Positions 23,060 through 30,543 of a DNA stretch of 64,000 nt are shown piece after piece. The notes below the pieces were generated by a model. That model was given only the letters and a program-made list of their open reading frames with translations, was not told where the DNA came from and ran no database searches. Within the stretch, counting starts at the first letter, position 1. Every line of letters begins with the position of its first letter. The translations under genes and the position numbers were made by a program. Source of the stretch: an uncultured Chloroflexia bacterium (GTDB lineage: Bacteria; Chloroflexota; Limnocylindria; Limnocylindrales; CSP1-4); the NCBI GenBank assembly GCA_963749705.1, contig CAVVNQ010000007.1, forward strand, positions 128,001 through 192,000, given 5' to 3'.

Positions 23060-25969
23060 CTAGGTGGCAGGGGACAGCGCGAAGGCGACGGCCTCGTCGC
23101 TGGTCATCACGCGACCCGCGGCCCACGCGGAGCCGAGGACTCCCTCGTCGGTTTCGCTTCGAAGTCGGGCGACCTGTGCGTCGTATTCCTCGCGTTCGGC
23201 CGAGGTCATCCGGGACTCGGAGGCTTCGCGGAGCGCCTCGGCTGCGCCGTACAGGCGAGCCGCCCGGGCGCCGTCACCCCTCGCGAGCGCCACTGACGCA
23301 AACGACTCGAGCTGGTTCGCGACCGCCCCGCGGTTCCCGGTCCGCTGCCAGCCCCGGATCGACTCGCGGTACTCGGCCTCGGCCTCGTCGATCCTGCCGT
23401 CGTGCCGCAGGGCATGGCCGAGCTCGCTCTGCGCGGAGAGCGCGAAACGTCGGTCGTCGAGCGCGTCGAAGCGCGCCCTGGATTCACGGTACCAACGCTG
23501 CGCATCGCCCAGTCGGCCGGTCATGGCAGCGACGCGGCCACGAGCCTGCGCGACGTAGGCGGCGTCGAATGGGTTGGCCGAACGACGGGCGGCCTCGTGC
23601 GACCGCTCGAGCCAGCCATCCGCTGCGACCGGGTCCAGCTGGGCCTCGATCATCGCGACCGAGACCGCAATGCGGGAGAGACGGCCCCAGTCCCCGAGGT
23701 CCGTGGCGACCCTGACCGCCTCGTCGGCGACGGAGCGCCACTCGCCGCGCAGCCCCGCCGGCGCGCTGGGATCCCCGCGAAACAGCCAGACATGGAGCGC
23801 GTCGGCGATCGCGACCGGATCCTCCGATGCCCTGGCAGCGGCGAGCGCCTCGTCGCCCAGCGCGAGCGTCTCCATTCGGCCGCCCATCGCGGCCAGGAAC
23901 GAGGCGCCCGCGAGCGCACGGGCGGTGAGGCTGGCTCGGGTGCGTTGGGCCGCTTCCTGATCGGGCGCGGGACTCCGTCGAACTCGATCGACCGCCTGCA
24001 GGATGCGGTCGCGCCCCTCCGGTCCCATCGTGCGGGCCTGCCAGTAGCGGACCATCGAGACGCAGATCTCGAGCCCCGCCTCGGGGCTGGTCTCCGACGC
24101 CCAATCGAGCGCCGATCGCACGTTCTCGAGCTCCGTGTCCAGGCGACGCAGCCACACCGGCGACTCCGCGCCGTCGAGCCCCCGCTCGGCATCGAGCGCC
24201 AGCTGGCGGAAGAACCGAAGGTGCCGGTCCCGGAGCGCCACCGTCTCGCCGCTCGCCGCGAGCTGGTCCGCGGCGTACTGCCGGACCGTCTCGAGCATCC
24301 GGTATCGGGTGGAGCCCTCGTGGTCGGCCACGACGAGCGACCGATCGACGAGACGTCCGAGCCCGTCGATGGCGGCGAACCGCGCCGCCGCGTCCGCGCG
24401 CGCCGCCCGGGCGGGATCCTCGGCAGCCGCGTCGTCGACCGCGACCACGGCCGCGGCGTCGAGCGTCCAGCCACCGGAGAACACGGCCACCCGGCGCAGG
24501 AGCCGGCGATCCTCGTCCTCGAGCAGATCCCAGCTCCAGTCGATGAGGGCCTGCAGCGTTCGCTGCCGGGGTACCGCGGTGCGGCGTCCGCCCGTCAGGA
24601 GGCGGAAGCGGTCGCCCAGGCCCTCCGCGATCTCGTTGGCGGACAGGACGTTGACGCGGGCTGCCGCGAGCTCGAGGGCAAGGGGAATGCCGTCCAGGCG
24701 CCGGCAGATCTCGACGATGGCCCGCACGTTCGACCGATCGATCGCGAAGGCCGGGAGGGTCGCGGTCGCACGGTCGACGAACAGCCGCACCGCCTCGGAT
24801 CGATCGGCCTGCTCGACCTCCGCGTCGTCGATCGCCGCGTCCGGGTCGCGCACCTCGCCGGCGAGCGTCGGCAGCGCCAGCGACGGCACGGCGAAGACGG
24901 CCTCGCCCTCGACGCCGAGGGGCTCCCGGCTCGTGGCCAGCAGCTGCAGCGCGGGACAGGCACCGAGCAGCTGATCGGCCACCTCGGCGGCGGCCTCGAT
25001 GAGGTGCTCGCAGTTGTCGAGCAGCAGGAGGAGCTCCTTCGAGCGCAGGTAGTCGACGATCCCGTTGATCGGAGGCTGTCCCGGCTGTGGCTGGATGCCC
25101 AGGGCGCGGCCGATCTCGGACGTCACGAGCTCGGGGTCACTGACCGGCGCGAGCTCGACCAGCCAGGCGCCGTCGCGGTACCGGTCGAGGCCGTCCGCCG
25201 CGGCCTGGAGCGCGAGGCGGGTCTTGCCGGTGCCACCCACGCCGACCAGCGTCACGAGGCGGCTGGTGGTGAGCAGCCGCGCGAGGTCAGCCAGCTCCCG
25301 CTCGCGACCGACGAACGACGTCGCCTGGGGCCGGAGGTTCGTCGGGTGCTCGGCGCTCGTTCGCAGGGCCGGGAACGTGCGGCGCAGGCCCGGGGCGACG
25401 AGCTGGAAGACCTGCTCGGGCCGGTCGAGGTCGCGCAGCCGGTGCTCGCCCAGGTCCACGAGCTCGCACCCCGCCGGAAGGCTGCCCGCGACGAGCGCCG
25501 CGCTCGCGCCCGAGACGAGCACCTGGTCACCGTGGCCGATCGCGAGCAGGCGCGCCACGCGGTTGACCGTCGGCCCGAAGAAGTCGTCATCGCGGACCTC
25601 GGCGGTCCCGGAGTGGATCGCCATCCGGACCCGCAGGCGGCCCGTCTCCGGCCAGTCGTGACGGTCGAGCGCGTGCTGGCCCTCGATCGCCGCGGTCAGC
25701 GCGGCCTCGCATTGGTCGAACGCGGCGAGCATCCCGTCCCCGGTCGTCTTGACGACCATCCCGCCCGCATCCTCGACGGCCGTCCGGAGCAGGGCGTCAT
25801 GCGCGGCGAGGGCGGCCCCCATCGCCGCCCGGTGCTCCTCCCAGAGCCGCGCGCTTCCCTCGATGTCCGTGAACAGGAACGTCTCGGTCCGGGACGGACG
25901 TGTCGGCGTCACTGCTCGCCCGATCTCGCTCGCACTCCGGGATTGTGGGGCCCTGTCGTGCGTCGTCAA
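23060..25969 (-). CDS. Class III nucleotide cyclase + STAND-type NTPase + TPR-like protein
   Basis: FLFTDIEGS, KTTGDG, GPTVNRVAR cyclase; GVGGTGKT Walker A, LLLDNCEH, CRRLDGIPLALELAA; helical C-terminus. Confidence 0.9.
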   Translation of the reverse strand: MTTHDRAPQSRSASEIGRAVTPTRPSRTETFLFTDIEGSARLWEEHRAAMGAALAAHDALLRTAVEDAGGMVVKTTGDGMLAAFDQCEAALTAAIEGQHALDRHDWPETGRLRVRMAIHSGTAEVRDDDFFGPTVNRVARLLAIGHGDQVLVSGASAALVAGSLPAGCELVDLGEHRLRDLDRPEQVFQLVAPGLRRTFPALRTSAEHPTNLRPQATSFVGRERELADLARLLTTSRLVTLVGVGGTGKTRLALQAAADGLDRYRDGAWLVELAPVSDPELVTSEIGRALGIQPQPGQPPINGIVDYLRSKELLLLLDNCEHLIEAAAEVADQLLGACPALQLLATSREPLGVEGEAVFAVPSLALPTLAGEVRDPDAAIDDAEVEQADRSEAVRLFVDRATATLPAFAIDRSNVRAIVEICRRLDGIPLALELAAARVNVLSANEIAEGLGDRFRLLTGGRRTAVPRQRTLQALIDWSWDLLEDEDRRLLRRVAVFSGGWTLDAAAVVAVDDAAAEDPARAARADAAARFAAIDGLGRLVDRSLVVADHEGSTRYRMLETVRQYAADQLAASGETVALRDRHLRFFRQLALDAERGLDGAESPVWLRRLDTELENVRSALDWASETSPEAGLEICVSMVRYWQARTMGPEGRDRILQAVDRVRRSPAPDQEAAQRTRASLTARALAGASFLAAMGGRMETLALGDEALAAARASEDPVAIADALHVWLFRGDPSAPAGLRGEWRSVADEAVRVATDLGDWGRLSRIAVSVAMIEAQLDPVAADGWLERSHEAARRSANPFDAAYVAQARGRVAAMTGRLGDAQRWYRESRARFDALDDRRFALSAQSELGHALRHDGRIDEAEAEYRESIRGWQRTGNRGAVANQLESFASVALARGDGARAARLYGAAEALREASESRMTSAEREEYDAQVARLRSETDEGVLGSAWAAGRVMTSDEAVAFALSPAT

Positions 25970-26124
25970 CTACCCGCGACGACGTGGTCGCGGTTGGGCA
26001 GCTCACGCATGCCGATACCGATCTATCACCATCTGCTCGCATCTGATCGATGGCGCGGACCGCCCACCGATTACGATTGGTGTCCAACGTTGCGATCGCA
26101 GCGCCACCGGCCTGGGCACATCTG

Positions 26125-27450
26125 ATGCAAGTTTTCGAACTCTATCGATACCAGAAGCCGAGTCCCGGGCCTGACGTTGAGTTCATCGACGGGTATCGGA
26201 ACATCTTCAACGTGACTCGTTGGCCGAATTGGCCCGGCCTTGCCAATGCGGGCCGCGTTCAGCTCGATCACGGTATCGACTCGGTCAAGCGGGTCCAGGC
26301 AGTCGACGGGGAGCGACGACCGGCGATCCTGATCGCTTCGAAACCGCACCGGGCCGGGTCCGACTGGACACCCTGGCACGACGAACTTGATCCGGAACGA
26401 GGCCACATCCGGTACTTCGGCGACAACAAAGCGGAGCTCGGCACAGATCCGCTCGGACCGAGAGGAAATCGGTCCGTGATCGAGCAGTTCGCCCTTCATA
26501 CCGGCGTGAGTCGTGCTGATCGCCTTCGCGCCGCCCCTCTGCTCTTCTTCGAGAGCCTCGTCCACGAGGGGCACGCCAAAGGGTACTGGCGGTTTCTCGG
26601 AGTCGGCCTCGTCGAGCACGCTGAGCTCGTAGCCCAGGTCGATCGCAGGGGCAGACCCTTCGTCAACTACGCCTTCGACTGCCTCTTGGTCGACCTCAGT
26701 CTCGAGGGACTCGGCATTGCATGGGAATGGATCGCTGCACGTCGCGATCCCACCAAGTCGCTCGAGGACTGCCTGCAGCTGGCACCCGCGTCATGGCGAC
26801 TCTGGGTGAATGGCGGGGCGACCGTCAGAGAGTCAATTCGGCAGCGACTGGCGCGTGCTTCGACACTGAGCGCAGCCGACCAGCGACCGGATGCCGGCAC
26901 CCCTGCGGAAGACGCCCTGCGCCATGTCATTGCGCATTACAAGAGACTTGGCCAGTACCACGGCGTTGGGGAGCACCGGTTTGAAGGACTGGCCTCCGAG
27001 ATAACAGGCAGCGTTCTTCGTGATAGCGGTCAATATCACCCGGGCTGGATCACCAAGCGAGCTGGCGACGGAGGTATCGACTTCGTCAGTCGGCTCGACC
27101 TCGGTTCCGGATCTGGCGCCCTGAAACTCGTGGTGCTCGGCCAGGCCAAATGCATCGCCGGGGCCGCACCAGTCACCAGTGGGCTGGATCTGGCTCGGAC
27201 GGTTGCACGACTCGACCGCGGTTGGGTCGGCTCCTTTGTCACCACCGGGTACTTCAGCGAGCAGGCCCAGCGAGAGGTCATCAACGATCGGTTCCCACTG
27301 CTCATGTTGAACGGGCGGCAGGTCGGCGAGTCGGTCGTGCGTGAGTCGGCGCTTCGCGGGCTCTCAATTCCTGAGTACGTGGCTGCTGTCGATGCCGAAT
27401 ACGACGCCCGTGTCTCGACGCGGCAACCTGCGGAGATCCTTGGCGACTAA
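26125..27450 (+). CDS. Modification-dependent restriction endonuclease, AspBHI/MspJI-like (SRA-like N-terminus + Mrr-like catalytic domain)
   Basis: TPWHD..., IRYFGDNK, FVNYAFD N-terminal motifs; RFE, DGGIDF-x19-QAK and FVTTG..S..AQ.E catalytic motifs; less GC-rich than flanks. Confidence 0.75.
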   Translation: MQVFELYRYQKPSPGPDVEFIDGYRNIFNVTRWPNWPGLANAGRVQLDHGIDSVKRVQAVDGERRPAILIASKPHRAGSDWTPWHDELDPERGHIRYFGDNKAELGTDPLGPRGNRSVIEQFALHTGVSRADRLRAAPLLFFESLVHEGHAKGYWRFLGVGLVEHAELVAQVDRRGRPFVNYAFDCLLVDLSLEGLGIAWEWIAARRDPTKSLEDCLQLAPASWRLWVNGGATVRESIRQRLARASTLSAADQRPDAGTPAEDALRHVIAHYKRLGQYHGVGEHRFEGLASEITGSVLRDSGQYHPGWITKRAGDGGIDFVSRLDLGSGSGALKLVVLGQAKCIAGAAPVTSGLDLARTVARLDRGWVGSFVTTGYFSEQAQREVINDRFPLLMLNGRQVGESVVRESALRGLSIPEYVAAVDAEYDARVSTRQPAEILGD

Positions 27451-27543
27451 TAGCCAGCCGGCACGATCCGCGACGCTGAGAATTTCCGGGTGTCAGCGAT
27501 CGGGCCAGCGCAGGATGGGCCCTACGGATCGCCGCAGAGGGCA

Positions 27544-27651
27544 GACGATGTCGCCGCGTTCGAGTCGCGGCACGGCCCGCTCGCCAACGCGGTGCCCGAG
27601 CGCTTCCGTCACCTGGCCGTGGGCCGCCTCTACGACATGGTCTTCGGACCC
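27544..27651 (+). pseudogene. Remnant homologous to part of the 32656..33831 protein
   Basis: DDVAAFESRHGPLANAVPERFRHLAVGRLYDMVFGP vs EDIAAYESRNGPLARAVPPPFAHLACGRLYDMALGP (33166-33273), 25/36 identical. Confidence 0.7.
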
Positions 27652-27658
27652 GGGGCGC

Positions 27659-28366
27659 CTAACCGGGAAGGCTCCAATCGAGCCAGCAGGAGCCACGCTC
27701 CACGAGGCCGTCATTCGCCCGACTGAACGGCCTCGAGTCGCGGAAGAAGGGTTGTGACCGCGCCATCGGATGCGGGGAGCACACCACGACATGCTGACCG
27801 CCGGTGATGAGGCGGGCCTTGGCATGCGCGTGCCGACCCCAGAGCAGGAAGGCCACCGACTCGTGCTTGCCTGCGATAGCCGTGATGATCCCGTCCGTCA
27901 GGTTCGCCCAAGCGCGGCGGTGCGCGGCGGCGTTGCCCTGCCTGAACGTGAGCGACGTGTTGAGGAGCAGAACGCCCTTGGCCGACCAGGCTTCCAGGGA
28001 TCCGTGGTCGGGAGTGGTCCACCCGCCGTCGGACTGCAGGACTGTCCGGATCCGCATGAGCGAGCGCGGCAGCGGTGGCGCCAAGTCCTGCGGGACCGAG
28101 AACGCGAGGCCCATCGCATGCGCCGCGTTCGGGTACGGGTCCTGGCCGAGGATCACCGCTCGCACGGACGCGAACGGCGTCGCCCGGAGCGCGGCGAAGA
28201 CGCGGTCGCCGTCGGGCAGGACCATGCCCGCGTCTCGCTCCTGTGCGATGAAGTCGGCGATCGGCGCGAGTCGTTCGGGCGAGGCGGCCGGACCGATCGC
28301 GAGCGCCCAGTCTTCCGGGATCGAGCCGATGGCCATCTCGCTCCTGGCCGCGCGGTCGTCCGTCAC
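27659..28366 (-). CDS. ung: Uracil-DNA glycosylase, family-1-like with atypical motifs
   Basis: VILGQDPY, GLAFSV, GVLLLN, FLLWG, SPHP, FSRAN. Confidence 0.8.
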   Translation of the reverse strand: MTDDRAARSEMAIGSIPEDWALAIGPAASPERLAPIADFIAQERDAGMVLPDGDRVFAALRATPFASVRAVILGQDPYPNAAHAMGLAFSVPQDLAPPLPRSLMRIRTVLQSDGGWTTPDHGSLEAWSAKGVLLLNTSLTFRQGNAAAHRRAWANLTDGIITAIAGKHESVAFLLWGRHAHAKARLITGGQHVVVCSPHPMARSQPFFRDSRPFSRANDGLVERGSCWLDWSLPG

Positions 28367-29076
28367 GTCGCCTCAGCCTTGGCCACCGCCTTGACGATGA
28401 GGTCGGTGTACGCGGCCGGGCCGTAGCCGCGATGGCTCGCACCGTTGGGATGCCAGCCGATCACCCAGGTACGCCCGTCGGTGCGGCCGGCTCGGAGGAG
28501 CGGGCGCGGTTCCTCGGGAAGGTCGGCGAGGCCCGCTGGGCCGGCTGCGGGCCACCAGAAGGGGCCGACGGTGGCAATTACCCGCTTCGCGTCCAGCCAG
28601 TCAGTCACGGCGCGCAGCAGCGGCCCGACGTGCGGATCCTCAGCTTCCTTGAGGGCGCCGCCTGGGTTGCCCGGCGGATCCTCAGGCGCCGATGGGAACA
28701 GGTTCACCCAGGCAAAGCGGGCGTACCAGGGCGCATCGATGTTGGGCTCGAGGGCTTCGACCATCCGGCGTACCGCCCGCCAGAACGGCGAGGTCCGGAC
28801 GGGATGGGTGTCGATCCAGTTGAGCGGGTCGGGTTTGTCGACCCGGCTGCGGATCGACGCGATGATCGCGGCTCGAACTGTCGGATCCTGGAGGTCGACA
28901 GCCTTCGCATCGTCCGCCCAGCCGTAGACCGCTTGGCCGACGATCACGAGCCCGCGGTAGGCACTTCCAACGTGCGGCCAATGCGTGACGACGGGCCGGT
29001 CGCCGATGTCAGCGGCACGCTCGCCGATCGCTGTGAGGATGCGGTCGTAGCCTGCGACGACGCGGGTCTCATCCAT
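28363..29076 (-). CDS. Hypothetical protein, probable UDG-superfamily fold
   Basis: LVIVGQAVYG, SPFW, AWVNL, late HP motif; GTGA overlap with ung. Confidence 0.55.
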   Translation of the reverse strand: MDETRVVAGYDRILTAIGERAADIGDRPVVTHWPHVGSAYRGLVIVGQAVYGWADDAKAVDLQDPTVRAAIIASIRSRVDKPDPLNWIDTHPVRTSPFWRAVRRMVEALEPNIDAPWYARFAWVNLFPSAPEDPPGNPGGALKEAEDPHVGPLLRAVTDWLDAKRVIATVGPFWWPAAGPAGLADLPEEPRPLLRAGRTDGRTWVIGWHPNGASHRGYGPAAYTDLIVKAVAKAEAT

Positions 29077-29192
29077 CCGATGAGTCTGCCACGACAGATG
29101 GAGCCGCCGCGGCCTTATCTCTGAGCCCACCCGGTCGCGTAGCCGACCATCGGCGCACAGTGCGGCGACCTTGCGCAGCATGAAGACGACCA

Positions 29193-29216
29193 AAGACACC
29201 CGGTCAGGGTGTCCTT
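29193..29216 (-). terminator. Hairpin downstream of tRNA-Gly
   Basis: Minus strand AGGACACCC-TGACC-GGGTGTCTT followed by TGGTCGTCTT. Confidence 0.55.
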
Positions 29217-29238
29217 CGCAAGCACAAGACTGAGGAAG

Positions 29239-29314
29239 TGGAGCGGGAGACGGGATTCGAACCCGCGACATTCTGCTTGGGAAGCAGACACTCTGCCAGC
29301 TGAGTTACTCCCGC
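29239..29314 (-). tRNA. tRNA-Gly (CCC)
   Basis: GCGGGAG acceptor stem, TCTGC-TTCCCAA-GCAGA anticodon arm, GGTTCGAATCC T-arm, encoded CCA; 76 nt. Confidence 0.97.
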
Positions 29315-29327
29315 TCGGGAGGGCGTC

Positions 29328-29356
29328 ATTCTAACGGTCCGGTCGGGCGCCGCCAA
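29328..29356 (-). promoter_or_regulatory. tRNA promoter
   Basis: Minus strand TTGGCG, 17 bp, TAGAAT just upstream of the tRNA 5' end. Confidence 0.6.
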
Positions 29357-29714
29357 GCGGGCGTTGGCCCTCGGTCAGCTGCTGGCCTTGCGAGCCGGTG
29401 GCGAGCGTGGACTTCCTGGATCGTGGTCGCCGATAATTCGCCGCGCCGGTCGTCGGTAGTTCCCCTGAGCGGACCAGCGACGTTCGCCGTCACGACGCGT
29501 CTGGGCGTATCCCAGTCAGCCATCGCGCTCTCCCCGTATGGGAATACCCGTTCTCGTCAAGCGACGCAGCCTGCGCCCTTCCGACGCCCGAGCCCTCGAT
29601 ACCGGCGCGGCCTGCGCCTCCGGAGGCGGAGTGATCGACTCGCGCCAGACAAGTCCGCCAGCGCGGAAGCCGATCCGCAGCGGTCCGGTGCCGAGATAGA
29701 ACGGTCGGTCGCTG

Positions 29715-30005
29715 TCAGTCCTCGCCAACGAGCGTCACCGCGCAATGGGGGCAGCGGCTGGCTCCCGAGCGCACGGGCTCGAGACAGGCACCGCAGCGCT
29801 GCCAACTTGGGCCGGGGTATCGGTCAGACGACAGGCCGACGACAAGCGACGCAAAGGGGCCAAGCAACACCCCGAGCAGGAACCAGAGGACCTTGTCGTG
29901 GCCCTTTGTCGAGGCGATCCACGCCGCGGCGCTGCCAAACACAAGGACCCAAGCGGCCACCGCCCCAACGAAGGTGAACGCAATGACATCACCGACGACT
30001 TGCAT
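29715..30005 (-). CDS. Small membrane protein with C-terminal zinc ribbon
   Basis: Two hydrophobic segments (AWIASTKG..LWFLLGVLLGP) then CGAC-x10-CPHC; GGGAG RBS. Confidence 0.65.
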   Translation of the reverse strand: MQVVGDVIAFTFVGAVAAWVLVFGSAAAWIASTKGHDKVLWFLLGVLLGPFASLVVGLSSDRYPGPSWQRCGACLEPVRSGASRCPHCAVTLVGED

Positions 30006-30112
30006 GCTCCCGTTCCCCCTTGGTCTCTCACGGCTGAGGCGCTCATCGCGGATCGTACGCGCGGGCGACGGGCCCAGCCGGAGCGTCACGCCAAGCGGAC
30101 CCCCCGGGCAGA

Positions 30113-30316
30113 TCAGGCCCGTTCCGGTCGCTCCCACGACCACACCTCGCCGCACGGGCATTGCCACGTCCAGCGTTCGCGCCGGGGCTCGCCTGGACCC
30201 TGCATCAGCGTCGGGGTGTGGTCTCGGACGGCCGGCATGGTCCCGTTCGCGTGTCGGTGCTCAACCCGGGGATATCCGGGCGCGTGATTGCTCATCGAGA
30301 TGATCCAGTCGGCCAT
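30113..30316 (-). CDS. 67-aa hypothetical protein (HRH...CPCG), probably LexA-regulated
   Basis: GGGAG RBS, extended -10 TGGTACCAT on the minus strand and an SOS box directly upstream. Confidence 0.55.
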   Translation of the reverse strand: MADWIISMSNHAPGYPRVEHRHANGTMPAVRDHTPTLMQGPGEPRRERWTWQCPCGEVWSWERPERA

Positions 30317-30328
30317 GATCGCTCCCGC

Positions 30329-30346
30329 CTAGAACATATGTTCTAG
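30329..30346. promoter_or_regulatory. LexA/SOS box of the GAAC-N4-GTTC type
   Basis: Perfect 18-bp palindrome CTAGAACATATGTTCTAG. Confidence 0.75.
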
Positions 30347-30351
30347 ATGGT

Positions 30352-30540
30352 ACCAGCACGGGTCGGTGGGGCCCTCCTCGGCTCAACTCAGCAAGGCCTA
30401 AAGAACGCGTGCCAAACCGGGCATTGCTCGCGGCCGCCGAGACCCCCCCGCGTGCTCTGGGACAGGACCTCTATCCTGATCCCCGACAGTTTGTTTGTGC
30501 ACGCGCGCGGTAATCCCGAGCGTGATCATGGGGGATACGT
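30352..30540 (+). ncRNA. Putative structured ncRNA/leader upstream of the reverse transcriptase
   Basis: At least seven complementary pairs found by eye (see findings); not computed. Confidence 0.45.
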
Positions 30541-30543
30541 GTC

